This document shows positions 24,685 to 34,622 of a DNA stretch of 64,000 nucleotides, piece after piece. Each line of letters begins with the position of its first letter. Within the stretch, counting starts at the first letter, position 1. The notes under the pieces were generated by a model. It searched no databases. It was not told the origin of the DNA and worked only from the letters and a program-made list of their open reading frames with translations. The stretch is from Eubacteriales bacterium (GTDB taxonomy: Bacteria > Bacillota > Clostridia > Oscillospirales > CAG-272), in NCBI GenBank assembly GCA_045636605.1, contig JAZTXV010000017.1, positions 62,614-126,613 of the forward strand, in the 5' to 3' direction. Made by a program: the position numbers and the translations under genes.

Positions 24685-27010
24685 AAATCTTTACAGAAAT
24701 TTCGCTATCGTTGGGGATAAGGAGTGTGCCGAGCTCGCACATCTCGATTTTTGCGCCCGTAACGCTTGTCACCTCGCTTATGGTGCGTAAAAGTATTCTT
24801 GCGCCATTTGGCAATTTGTCAAACGAAAATCTTATTGTATCACCGTTTTTCTCGCCGATTACGGTGAACGCATGCTCGCCATCTGCATCATAAACGGTGC
24901 ATTTTGCATTTTTTGTAAGATTGAACACATGAAGGGTTGTGTTTTGTCCGTAATCGTAATCGGGCACGCAGTTATTAAAGCCCACGGGAAGAATAGTGTT
25001 CTCTCGTACATAAAGAGGTAGCGAGAAGAAATCATAGTTGTCACTATGCCATTTTCCACCGTCAAGGACCTCGTTTGTTAAAAGGTGAGTCCATTTTCCC
25101 TCGGGTAGATAGTAGTCCGCATCTCCGTTTTCGGTAAACACGGGGCAAACAAGCAGGCTCTCGCCAAGCATATACTGTGTATCAAGCGAAAGAGCATTTT
25201 TATCATTTTCAAACTCCAGCGCCATAGCTCTCATAACGGGAACGCCCGTTTTGCTCGCCTCAACGGCTTTTCCGAAAATATATGGCATAAGAGAGCATTT
25301 GAGCTCTGCAAAGTGCTTGGTAACAGCACACGCCTCCTCGCCGTTCGTCTCTCCCTCCTTGCTAAAGAGCCACGGAACTCTGTAAGATGTATCTCCGTGA
25401 AGTCTTGAATGCGTGGATAAAAGACCGAAAGCAACCCAGCGCTTAAACAAATGGTGAGGGGCAGTGTTGGCAAATCCGCTTATATCGTGGCTCCAGAAGC
25501 CAAATCCTGACATACAAAGAGAAAGTCCACCGCGTAGCGATTCCGCCATAGACGGATAGTCGGCAGTACAGTCGCCACCCCAATGAACGGGAAATTTCTG
25601 ACCGCCCACCGTTGCGCTTCTTGCAAAGAGGATAGCCTTGCCCCTGCCCTTGCTCTCCTCGAGCACCTCAAACACGCATTTGTTGTAAAGATATGTATAG
25701 AAATTGTGCATTCTCACCGGGTCGGAGCCGTCAAAATACGACACATCTGTGGGGATTCTTTCTCCGAAGTCGGTCTTGAAGCAATCGACACCCATATCGA
25801 CAAGAGCGCGAAGCTTGCCCTGATACCACTTATATGCATCGGGATTTGTAAAGTCCACAAGTCCCATTCCCGATTGCCATCTGTCCCATTGCCACACATC
25901 GCCGTTAGGTCTGTTCAAAAGATAATTTTTGTCCATAGCCTCGGCAAAAAGAGGAGATTTTTGACCGATATAGGGGTTAATCCATACGCAAATGTGGAGA
26001 TTTTTCTCCTTCATACGCTTAAGCATTGACTTGGGCTCGGGGAACATCGACTTATCCCATTCAAAATTGCACCATTCGTTTTCCTTCATCCAAAAGCAGT
26101 CATAGTGGAAAACGCTAAGAGGAATCTCCCTCTCCCTCATTCCGTCAACGAAGCTTGTTACGGTGCCCTCGTCGTATGAGGTTGTAAAGGACGAGGTGAG
26201 CCAAAGTCCGAAGCTCCACGCAGGTGGCAGAGCAGGGTAGCCCGTTATAGCGCAATAGTTAGAGAGTGCGCCCTTCATATCATCTGCGCCTATTATCATA
26301 AGGTCAATTTTCTCGCCGGGCACGCACATTTGGACTCTTGAAACCTGCTCGGAGCAAACCTCAAACGAAACAGGACCGCTATCGTTTACAAAAACTCCGT
26401 AGCCCTTGCTTGACAGATAAAACGGAATGTTTTTATAGGCGATTTCCGTACAGGTTCCGCCGTCCTCGTTCCAGATGTCAACGCTTTGTCCGTTTTTCAC
26501 AAGCGAGGTAAATCGCTCTCCTAAGCCATAAATTTTCTCCCCTATGTCAACGCTCAGGTGTGCGTCCATATAGGGACTACCGTCCTTTGTAACATATGAA
26601 ATGTAGCTTCTTTCCCACTTTTTCGCAAAGGATGTCAAATATCTGTCATTGTAGTAAAAATCAAATGTTGCGGGGTTCTTGCCGATTTCAAGGCGCATTT
26701 TTCCGTTGGTAACGGTTAAGGAGTCGCCCTTGTCGCATACATCTATCGGGTTGTCCTCTATATTAAGCTCAAATTTCGGCATTTTCTTGCGACTGCCCGA
26801 AAAATGACGAGCCTCTATTCTGAAGGAGTCCTTGCTTGGAGCGGAGATAAAAATTTCTATCATAGCGTCCTCGAGGGCTCTTTTATCCTTGTTATAGCTT
26901 ACTGTGAAAAGATAGAGCGAGCTCGAGTCGGCCCTTACCTCTCTTATTTGCGCTACCTCCATTGTGCTTGTGCCGGGCAAATCCACCCACGCACCGTATC
27001 GTATTTTCAT
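24683..27010 (-). CDS. GH31 glycoside hydrolase (alpha-xylosidase/alpha-glucosidase, YicI-like)
   Basis: KTDFGE and WGGD catalytic-region motifs. 775 aa. N-terminus collinear with YicI-type enzymes. Confidence 0.85.
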   Translation of the reverse strand: MKIRYGAWVDLPGTSTMEVAQIREVRADSSSLYLFTVSYNKDKRALEDAMIEIFISAPSKDSFRIEARHFSGSRKKMPKFELNIEDNPIDVCDKGDSLTVTNGKMRLEIGKNPATFDFYYNDRYLTSFAKKWERSYISYVTKDGSPYMDAHLSVDIGEKIYGLGERFTSLVKNGQSVDIWNEDGGTCTEIAYKNIPFYLSSKGYGVFVNDSGPVSFEVCSEQVSRVQMCVPGEKIDLMIIGADDMKGALSNYCAITGYPALPPAWSFGLWLTSSFTTSYDEGTVTSFVDGMREREIPLSVFHYDCFWMKENEWCNFEWDKSMFPEPKSMLKRMKEKNLHICVWINPYIGQKSPLFAEAMDKNYLLNRPNGDVWQWDRWQSGMGLVDFTNPDAYKWYQGKLRALVDMGVDCFKTDFGERIPTDVSYFDGSDPVRMHNFYTYLYNKCVFEVLEESKGRGKAILFARSATVGGQKFPVHWGGDCTADYPSMAESLRGGLSLCMSGFGFWSHDISGFANTAPHHLFKRWVAFGLLSTHSRLHGDTSYRVPWLFSKEGETNGEEACAVTKHFAELKCSLMPYIFGKAVEASKTGVPVMRAMALEFENDKNALSLDTQYMLGESLLVCPVFTENGDADYYLPEGKWTHLLTNEVLDGGKWHSDNYDFFSLPLYVRENTILPVGFNNCVPDYDYGQNTTLHVFNLTKNAKCTVYDADGEHAFTVIGEKNGDTIRFSFDKLPNGARILLRTISEVTSVTGAKIEMCELGTLLIPNDSEISVKI

Positions 27011-27199
27011 AATAGCTCTCCTTTAATTGATTATTCAAAACCATTCTAACACAAAATCACAAAAAAGTCTATAATTTTCTGTGTTTTCATTTTGATTTTA
27101 ATCTCGCTTGCTCCCTTACATCTGTGCTATTCTCTTTTTCTCTTGACACGTTGTGTGGATTGGTATATAATGAGGGTAGTAAGCTAAGGGAGATATGAT

Positions 27200-27616
27200 A
27201 TGAAAAAGCCGATTCATTTTCTTATTTTCAAAATCGTTGGCGTAGCCGGTGCAATTTTAGCGATAATTGCGCTTGCGCTCATTTTTACGGGCTTTGGAGA
27301 TTTTGAAAGCAACAATTTTATGATAGGCGGATTTTTACTTCCGCTCGCTATCTTTGCAACAGTTACGGGCTTTGTTATAGGCTTTAAGCCTCAAATTTCA
27401 AAAATGACCGCTCAAGGTACAAGATACATTCTTGAGGAAAATAAAGAGGAGCTAAGCGACATAGCGACAACCACCGCAGAAATTGCAAGCGAGGGAGTTG
27501 AAATGACCGTGCGCGCCGTTGCAAGAGGGCTTGAGGACACTATATTCTGCAAGCACTGTGGTGCACAAATTGACGCAGACTCCAGATTTTGCAACAAATG
27601 TGGAAAGGAGCAATAA
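27200..27616 (+). CDS. Membrane protein with a C-terminal zinc-ribbon
   Basis: Two N-terminal TM helices. C-terminus CKHCGAQIDADSRFCNKCG. Confidence 0.6.
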   Translation: MKKPIHFLIFKIVGVAGAILAIIALALIFTGFGDFESNNFMIGGFLLPLAIFATVTGFVIGFKPQISKMTAQGTRYILEENKEELSDIATTTAEIASEGVEMTVRAVARGLEDTIFCKHCGAQIDADSRFCNKCGKEQ

Positions 27617-27618
27617 AT

Positions 27619-28362
27619 ATGAGCTTTTTAGAATGGCTTTACAGCACCTATCCAAACCCGAGGGTTGACGGTGCATGGGGGGCTTTGCACATAACGGTTT
27701 TGCTTTTGAGCATTGCGTTTATTGTGCTTTCCACGATTTTTTTGAAAAAGCACAAGAAAATCCAATACTATATCCTTTTGGGAATGGCTATTACCATTAT
27801 CGCTTTTGGAGTGGTACGAAGATTTAACGGCTTTATGACCGCGCCCGAGTATTCTCTTAATAGAATTTTAAGGATTTTACTGCCAAGGCCGGGCTGTGCT
27901 ATTGCCTGTTGGCTTGTTGCGATTGCAGTCTTTATAAAAAAGAAATTCTTTTACAATTTCGCATCGGTTGTATGTATTCTTTGCACGGTGGTTTTCTTTG
28001 CATACCCAAGTGCAGGCTTTACAAACGAGTTGATTTTGTTTGAAAATCTTTACTCAATAGTAACTCATGCGCTTGCGTTCGTTATGTCAATTTGCTTTAT
28101 CACCTATGGATACACCGATTTTCAGTATCGTTCAATTTGGAGGGAGGGCATTTGCCTTGCGGTAATGCTTGCCTATACCTTCCTTGAAATTTTTGTGCTC
28201 AAAATCGACCCGGACCCCTTCTATTTCCGTGACAATAACGATGTACAGCAAATAATCCCCATAGGCTATAGCCTGTACCTACCGCTTTATCTAATCTTTA
28301 ATACGATTTACATAAATGCGTTTTATTTTATTCCTTGGCTCAAAAATCGCAAGAAAGCATAG
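27619..28362 (+). CDS. Polytopic membrane protein (possibly YwaF/TIGR02206-like)
   Basis: About 7 hydrophobic segments. I prefer the start at MSFLEW (AAAGGAG RBS) over the track start at 27589. Confidence 0.5.
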   Translation: MSFLEWLYSTYPNPRVDGAWGALHITVLLLSIAFIVLSTIFLKKHKKIQYYILLGMAITIIAFGVVRRFNGFMTAPEYSLNRILRILLPRPGCAIACWLVAIAVFIKKKFFYNFASVVCILCTVVFFAYPSAGFTNELILFENLYSIVTHALAFVMSICFITYGYTDFQYRSIWREGICLAVMLAYTFLEIFVLKIDPDPFYFRDNNDVQQIIPIGYSLYLPLYLIFNTIYINAFYFIPWLKNRKKA

Positions 28363-28368
28363 TAAAAA

Positions 28369-28398
28369 GGGCACTCTCGACCGAGAGTGTCCTTTTGT
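28369..28398. terminator. Bidirectional terminator between convergent genes
   Basis: ggcactctcg ac cgagagtgtcc stem followed by ttttgttt. Confidence 0.6.
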
Positions 28399-28941
28399 TT
28401 AGTCCTTTTGCTTGCCCTTAATGTCAATGCGGATTATGCCGACGATTATGGAAATGAGGTTCAAAATCTCGCTTGCGATAGCGCCGATAGAGCCACTGAA
28501 GCAGTTATAGATAAGCCACATTGGCGAGCTGATAAGTCCGAGTGACCTTACCACCCTTGCCTTACCTGCACGCAGGGCAACCGTCGCAATTATCATAGCA
28601 AGCACGGGCAGAGCCTCTATTATCAGGCTTCTTGTCGATATGGGTGTTTTGAAAACCAAAAATGTGAGCGGGTACGATACGGCGAAAAGCACCGCAAATG
28701 CAATAAGCCACGGGAGCGTTCTTGCTCTCGTTTTTTCTTCAAAATAGAAAATTACGGCACGCAGAGCGCCAACGAGGTTGAGAATACCGCCTACCATTGC
28801 GCCGAGAAGCAAATAATTAAGCGCAAAGGTTATTGCCGCCATAAACTGACAAACCAAAACGCCGCTTTGCTTTCTTTGCTGAAAGACGAATATATTAAAA
28901 ATCATTCCGATAATTCCGAACGCCTGAGCTACAAAATCCAT
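28399..28941 (-). CDS. YgjV-family inner membrane protein
   Basis: Small protein of about 5 TM helices, resembling YgjV. I prefer the start at MDFVAQAF (GAGGA RBS). Confidence 0.55.
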   Translation of the reverse strand: MDFVAQAFGIIGMIFNIFVFQQRKQSGVLVCQFMAAITFALNYLLLGAMVGGILNLVGALRAVIFYFEEKTRARTLPWLIAFAVLFAVSYPLTFLVFKTPISTRSLIIEALPVLAMIIATVALRAGKARVVRSLGLISSPMWLIYNCFSGSIGAIASEILNLISIIVGIIRIDIKGKQKD

Positions 28942-29096
28942 AAAATCCTCACGTCCTTCAGGCTCGCTTGTACACAAGGGCCTGTTGATTTCAAATAAAT
29001 TACCGATATTATAGCACACAACATACACCATTTCAAGCCAAAGAATAATTTTTGCAAATTTAATGTGACAGGGACGCCGTTTTTGAGCTTTTTCTA

Positions 29097-29125
29097 TTGA
29101 AACGGGGCGTTAAAAATGATATACT
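29097..29125 (+). promoter_or_regulatory. Candidate promoter
   Basis: TTGAAA, 17-nt spacer, TATACT. Confidence 0.5.
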
Positions 29126-29154
29126 GTATGTAGAACATACAAGAGGAGGCGGAA

Positions 29155-30816
29155 ATGGGATATCAAAGCAAAATAAGAGTAAACCACAGAGGCTTTCTGC
29201 CTCATAGCTCCAAGCGATTTGTGTTGGTCGAAAATTCTACGAACGATATGTCGTTTTCCGTGTTTTTGATAGATGATGTTAAACACATCAAGGTGCTTGA
29301 CGGACAAATGACATCCGTGTGCGAGGACGGACACACCTATTATGTGGGAGATTTCTCGGGCATTACCCGTCAGGGCGATTATTTTATCGAGGCGGGCGGA
29401 GCTCGAAGCCGTCAGATAGTAATCTATGACGGAGCATACGATATATGCCAAAGAATGCTCCTTCAGTATTTTACATACCAAAGATGCGGACATCCTCTCG
29501 GCTGGGCAGGCAGATGTCATCTTGATGACGGCTACATAAGCGAAACGGGCGAAAGGGTTGACCTAAGTGGTGGTTATCACCAATCGTGCGACCTCAGAAA
29601 ATCCCCCGGTGGTGTGTCAATCGGCGTTAGCGCAATGCTTCGCTTTGCATTGGACGATAAAAGCGAATGGGGCGAAATTCTTACCTGTGACGAGGTTGGC
29701 TGGGCTTGCGACTATTTTACAAAGACAATTCAGCAAAGCGGCGCTATGTATAACACTCTGAACGAGCCGTTTGGCTGGCAGGGACGTACATTTTACAAAT
29801 CTGCCGCACCGTCAAGCACACAGTGGAATGCTACTACCTCGCTTGCTCTCGGCTATCGCTATTTTGAAAAAAGGGATACAGAGCGCGCAAAAAAATATCT
29901 CGATGCCGCCTTGCGCTCCTGGAAATATATGACGGGCGAGCGCCCATACGGCGAATATTCCCACCCGAGCAAATACCCCTTGGGAATGGATCCGGATTTC
30001 TTCTATGACCAATGCAAGCGTGACTGTGTTGCCGACCTTGCGTGTCGGATTGTGTGCGCCGCCGAGCTGTATCGGGCAACGGGCGAGGCGCAATTTACCG
30101 AGTCAATGAGGCAAGCGCTTCCCAGCGTTCTGTCTGCGCTTACAGGCTATGCTCTGCGACGTGACGACAACGGCGGAATTGTCAGCGGCTCCTGCACGTA
30201 CACGTGGCTTATGGGCGGACTTTTTGCTCTGCTTGACGCATACGAGCTTTTGGGCGACCACCTGAGTCTTAAGGAGCATCTTATATCAGCGCTCGACGAA
30301 ATTTGCGCCTTTGCCGATAAATCGGTTTGGAGATGCGTTCAAATGATATATACCGATATTGAGCTTGACCGTGTATGCGGACACGAGGGCAAGACCAAAA
30401 GGGACTATATGTCGGGTACTCTCGGCTCATACAATGAATATTATTATAACAAAAGGGAAATAATCGAGCCGACCTACGCCTGCTATATCGGCACCGTGCT
30501 TGCAAGGGGAGCAACACTGCTGGGCGAGCAAAAATATATGCCCTATGCACAGGCGATAGCAGACTTGCTTATGGGTGCGGATGCGCTTGATTCAAGTAGA
30601 ATTCGCGGAATAGGCTACAACAACCCTGCTCACGCATCATACGGACAGTTTTTCCCCTCAACGCCGTTTATTGTCGGCGCCGTGGGCGTTGGCTACGGCT
30701 CGTTTGATTTTGACACGGGCGTCGAGAGCGAATACGATATGCCGTGTGTCGGGCTTTCAATGTATCTTTTGTCGGAAATCAAGAAAAATAACGACATAAT
30801 CAATAATTTACAATAA
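29155..30816 (+). CDS. Putative (alpha/alpha)6-barrel glycoside-hydrolase-like protein with an N-terminal Ig-like domain (distant GH9-like)
   Basis: The N-terminal ~90 aa resemble the Ig-like domain that precedes GH9 catalytic domains. QRCG...SGGYHQSCDLRK sits where GH9 has GGWxDAGDxxK. GAGGAGG RBS. Confidence 0.4.
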   Translation: MGYQSKIRVNHRGFLPHSSKRFVLVENSTNDMSFSVFLIDDVKHIKVLDGQMTSVCEDGHTYYVGDFSGITRQGDYFIEAGGARSRQIVIYDGAYDICQRMLLQYFTYQRCGHPLGWAGRCHLDDGYISETGERVDLSGGYHQSCDLRKSPGGVSIGVSAMLRFALDDKSEWGEILTCDEVGWACDYFTKTIQQSGAMYNTLNEPFGWQGRTFYKSAAPSSTQWNATTSLALGYRYFEKRDTERAKKYLDAALRSWKYMTGERPYGEYSHPSKYPLGMDPDFFYDQCKRDCVADLACRIVCAAELYRATGEAQFTESMRQALPSVLSALTGYALRRDDNGGIVSGSCTYTWLMGGLFALLDAYELLGDHLSLKEHLISALDEICAFADKSVWRCVQMIYTDIELDRVCGHEGKTKRDYMSGTLGSYNEYYYNKREIIEPTYACYIGTVLARGATLLGEQKYMPYAQAIADLLMGADALDSSRIRGIGYNNPAHASYGQFFPSTPFIVGAVGVGYGSFDFDTGVESEYDMPCVGLSMYLLSEIKKNNDIINNLQ

Positions 30817-30916
30817 GGCGATATGAGAAATTTATCAAGCGTGTGCTTTATAAGCGACGAAAAAATCGACTCTATGATGCTTGCGCTTAGAAATAACAAA
30901 ATAAGAGGAAAAATCC

Positions 30917-31786
30917 ATGATTACAACCCGAAATAATCTTAATTTCAACAAATTTGATTTCAATAAGCCCATTTTTGAAAACGTGAAGGCGCTCGGCAGA
31001 CCGCTTTTGGTGGCGCACCGTGGCGTGTGCGGAGCAAACGTTCCGTGTAATACCATAGCCGCATATAAAATTGCAATGGCGCAGGATGCGGATATCGTTG
31101 AAATCGACGTTGCAAAAACCGCAGACGGCGTACACTACGTTTTCCATCCGGGAATGGAGTTCCCCTTCCTTGGCAGTGAAAGACCGATCAGCGCTATGAC
31201 CTCGGCCGAGCTTGACTCTATGTATCTGCTGAACCAGGACAGAGTAAAAACAAGCTACAAGGTTCCCACGCTCAAGGAGGTTTTGCTTCTTTTGAAGGAC
31301 AGAGTCTATATCAATGTTGACAAGTTTTGGACAGACGTTGAGGGCATCTCGAGAGTTATAAGAGAGTGTGGCGTTGAGAAGCAGGTCATTGTCAAAACCT
31401 ACGGACAGAGCGAAATTCTCGACCAAGTGGCTGAATTTGCGTCTGATTTTATGTATATGTCAATGGTTTGGGGCAAGGACACGGTAACGGATTCTCTTGT
31501 CGCAAGAGGAGTAAACGTAATCGGCGCAGAGGTGCTTTTCGGAAAAGAGAGCGACGATTGCATAAGCGATGCTTACATAAATGAAATGCACAAAAAGGGT
31601 ATGCTTGTGTGGGTAAACTCTATAATTTACAACGAGGCCGATGTAATTTCGGCACATCATACCGACGATATTTCCCTGTATGATTCACCGGAAAAGGGCT
31701 GGGGCTGGCTTATAGACAGGAACATAGACATAATTCAGACCGACTGGCTTCTTATGCTAAGGGACTACATTTCAAAAAGAGGATAA
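30917..31786 (+). CDS. Glycerophosphodiester phosphodiesterase (GDPD) family protein
   Basis: VAHRGV...N(T)IAAYKIAMAQDADIVEIDV..TADGV.YVFH pattern. Confidence 0.8.
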   Translation: MITTRNNLNFNKFDFNKPIFENVKALGRPLLVAHRGVCGANVPCNTIAAYKIAMAQDADIVEIDVAKTADGVHYVFHPGMEFPFLGSERPISAMTSAELDSMYLLNQDRVKTSYKVPTLKEVLLLLKDRVYINVDKFWTDVEGISRVIRECGVEKQVIVKTYGQSEILDQVAEFASDFMYMSMVWGKDTVTDSLVARGVNVIGAEVLFGKESDDCISDAYINEMHKKGMLVWVNSIIYNEADVISAHHTDDISLYDSPEKGWGWLIDRNIDIIQTDWLLMLRDYISKRG

Positions 31787-31807
31787 ATACAACAAAGGAG
31801 AATAAAA

Positions 31808-32572
31808 ATGAGCATCAAGGTAATGAGCTTTAACTTAAGATACGACAACGAATGGGACGGCGAAAATCGTTTCACCAAAAGGCTTCCGAGGGTTATCGAG
31901 CTAATAAAAAACGAGTCCCCCGACATCATAGGCTTTCAGGAGGTAACCGAGCCTATGAGAAAAACGCTTTACGGGGCGCTTGACGGATACCTGTTCTGCG
32001 GATGCGGCAGAGATAGGGATTACCATAACGGCGAGGCGATGCTTATTGCGTATAGGTATGACGTGATTGAGCTTATAAAATGCGAAAACGTGTGGCTATC
32101 GGAAACGCCAAATGTGCCCGGCTCAAAATACGGCGGGGGCCATAGCGGATGCCCAAGAATGTACACACAGCTTCTTTTGAAGCACAACGATATTGAAAGC
32201 CCCTTCACCTTTATAAATACGCATCTTGACCACGAGGGAGGACGTATGCTTGAATCGGAGCAGCTCTGCCGTGCGATAGCGAAGCTTGACGGCCATTTCG
32301 TGCTAACGGGTGATTTCAACGCAAATCCCGACGATCCCGAGATCTTGCACATCACCGAGTCGCTTTCTCATAAAAACGCAATAGATTGTACGGCAGGTCT
32401 TGGCCCAACATTCCACGATTTTGGCAGACGCACTTCCGATAAGCAGTTGAAAATCGACTACATCTTTACAAGCGCAGTGTGTGAGGGAGCGTATAAGATA
32501 GACGACGAAGCGCCAAACGGGCTTTACTATTCCGACCACAACGCAGTAGTAGCTCTGATAAATTTAGACTAA
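31808..32572 (+). CDS. Endonuclease/exonuclease/phosphatase (EEP) family protein
   Basis: SFNLRYDN, GFQEV, NTHLDH, GDFN and SDHN motifs. Confidence 0.8.
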   Translation: MSIKVMSFNLRYDNEWDGENRFTKRLPRVIELIKNESPDIIGFQEVTEPMRKTLYGALDGYLFCGCGRDRDYHNGEAMLIAYRYDVIELIKCENVWLSETPNVPGSKYGGGHSGCPRMYTQLLLKHNDIESPFTFINTHLDHEGGRMLESEQLCRAIAKLDGHFVLTGDFNANPDDPEILHITESLSHKNAIDCTAGLGPTFHDFGRRTSDKQLKIDYIFTSAVCEGAYKIDDEAPNGLYYSDHNAVVALINLD

Positions 32573-32592
32573 CCGAAAAATCCAATCAAAAA

Positions 32593-32625
32593 CAAAAATA
32601 GCGGACACAGGTCCGCTATTTTTTG
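32593..32625. terminator. Bidirectional terminator
   Basis: atagcggac acag gtccgctat stem flanked by A and T runs. Confidence 0.75.
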
Positions 32626-32633
32626 TGTGGTAT

Positions 32634-34586
32634 TTAATTTTCTGCGTAATAGAAGGTCACGGTCATTGTTTCACTGCCTTGGAACTTTTCGCCCTGTTGG
32701 ATTTCGTAAAGCGCTCCGTTTTCGTCAACGTAGAACTCGCCCTTTGTCACAACAGCTTGAAGCGGATCCTCGAAAATAACACGGTCGTTAATTTCGATAT
32801 AGTTATAGGTGTAGCCGTCGGGAGTTTGCTCGTTATAAATGGTAGCCGTGCCGTCCTCGCCAAAGACAATTGTTGCCTCGGCGGTTGCGTTAAGAGCAGT
32901 CAAGGCGGAGTCGAAATCGGCCTTTGTTTCTGCGTTGCCGATAGCATTTTTCCAATTCTCGTCGGTGATTTGGTCAAGGTAGCCCTGTGATTTGAGATTG
33001 GAGAGCATGCTCCAGAGCCATTCTGTGGAAACGACCTTGGCATCTGTCACAACAACTGTTTTGCCACGGAAATTGTCATTTACGCTTATCCAGAAGGCAA
33101 CCTCGCCGTTTTCGTCATAGTGCCACAGAAGCTCCCTTGAATAGAGATATTCGGAAATCTTTTGCTCGTGTCTTGAATAGAAGAACACCTTGCCTGAAAT
33201 TACGGCATTGAGCGTGTTCCAACGGCTCTCACCGTCCTCGTAGAAAACATATTGAAGCTCACAGCCGTCAAATGCGCTCTCCGATATGCTCGAAACGGTT
33301 GACGGAATAATGATTTCCTCAAGCGAGGTACAGCCATCAAACACCTCGTCACCGATTGTCTTAACGCCCTTAAGAGATATTTCGCAAAGTGCGGAGCAGC
33401 CCTTTAGCGCACCTGCGTCAAGCGCGATAACAGATGACGGAAGGGTGAGGGTTTGAATATCCGTGCCTGCAAGCGCAGTGCCGATTGACACAATGCCCTC
33501 GGGGACAACAACGCTTTGCTGCACGCTTAGCACGCTATGAATTGCTTTAGCGGTAAGGTCATAAAGAATACCGTTTGCAAACGAATATTTTTCGCTGTCG
33601 CTCGGGAGCGTAAGGGTGCTTGGCGTACCGTCAAATGCGCCCATCGCAATTACGGTGTCCTTGCCTAAAATTACAACCTCGTCAACATTTTCGCCAACAA
33701 ATGTGTCTTGCGGAATTGCTATAATGGAGCTTGGAAGTGTAAGAGTGCCAATTGTGCCGTTGCCCGATACGAGCTCTCGCTTTATTTGTGTAACGGGCTT
33801 GAAATTGCACATAGCGGGGATTTCAACGGAGTCTATATCCTCGTCCACCTTTATTTGAATGAGTGTAGTAAAATCCTCATAGTCCTCTGTTTTGAAGAAA
33901 AGTCCGACATAGGTCCATTTTGCGAAAATATCGGTAACTCTGCCGTCAAGCTTGGTGCTTGATGTAAGCGGAGTGGTAAATGCCTCGTCGCAGAAGAGGC
34001 CGTCAAGCTTGTATCCGTTGTGATATAGGTTGTCAAGGCTTGTAAGGTCATTTGGCATAAGACCTGTCTTGATTTCCTCGCCACTAATGAGCGCCTGGCA
34101 TACATATCTGTAAAAATCAATAGCAGATACCTCAAGGGACCAATCAACATTTCCAACCACGATTCCATCAAAGCCGTGAACGGCTATGCTTGAGCTTGAG
34201 TATTGCCAATCAAGAGTGCAGGACGCATAATATTCTGTGAATTTGCCATTTTCGTCCATACCCTCGCTACCCTTGCGGAAGATTGCCTCGGTAAAGGGGA
34301 ACTGCTCACCCGGAGCGACACTGATTCCGCCCTCGGCAAATTCCCAATTAAGGTATTTAATTCCTGCTACCTCGGGTGCGGTAGGTGCGGTTAGTATGTC
34401 ACCTGCATTACAGGTCATCGAAATTACCTCGTCACCTGTTCCTGTAAAGTAGTGAAAATCAATGAAATAACGGGTTGTTACCTCGCCATCGCCACCGCTC
34501 TTATCACCACCGTTATCACAGCCCGCAAAGCAAAGCAGAGTGGCAAGCGCCAAGGCAAGCGCGATTATTATCTTTGTTATTTTCAT
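32634..34586 (-). CDS. BspA-type LRR lipoprotein
   Basis: Lipobox LLCFAGC|DNG. LTLPSSxIAI...F.GC..L LRR_5-like units. Confidence 0.8.
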   Translation of the reverse strand: MKITKIIIALALALATLLCFAGCDNGGDKSGGDGEVTTRYFIDFHYFTGTGDEVISMTCNAGDILTAPTAPEVAGIKYLNWEFAEGGISVAPGEQFPFTEAIFRKGSEGMDENGKFTEYYASCTLDWQYSSSSIAVHGFDGIVVGNVDWSLEVSAIDFYRYVCQALISGEEIKTGLMPNDLTSLDNLYHNGYKLDGLFCDEAFTTPLTSSTKLDGRVTDIFAKWTYVGLFFKTEDYEDFTTLIQIKVDEDIDSVEIPAMCNFKPVTQIKRELVSGNGTIGTLTLPSSIIAIPQDTFVGENVDEVVILGKDTVIAMGAFDGTPSTLTLPSDSEKYSFANGILYDLTAKAIHSVLSVQQSVVVPEGIVSIGTALAGTDIQTLTLPSSVIALDAGALKGCSALCEISLKGVKTIGDEVFDGCTSLEEIIIPSTVSSISESAFDGCELQYVFYEDGESRWNTLNAVISGKVFFYSRHEQKISEYLYSRELLWHYDENGEVAFWISVNDNFRGKTVVVTDAKVVSTEWLWSMLSNLKSQGYLDQITDENWKNAIGNAETKADFDSALTALNATAEATIVFGEDGTATIYNEQTPDGYTYNYIEINDRVIFEDPLQAVVTKGEFYVDENGALYEIQQGEKFQGSETMTVTFYYAEN

Positions 34587-34622
34587 AAGAGTTCTCCTTT
34601 GAATAATTTTTTCCTTGAGTAA

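Noticed and set aside
24364-24720. 118-aa ORF as an intact gene.
   Set aside because: Only residues ~17-50 resemble an IS3 transposase block. The remainder reads through the mini repeat unit and a terminator. I annotated it as a transposase relic instead.
29110-29520. 136-aa minus-strand ORF overlapping the 5' end of the 29155 gene, and 30887-31426 (-) overlapping the GDPD gene.
   Set aside because: They are antisense to genes with clear RBSs and family motifs, and have no independent support.
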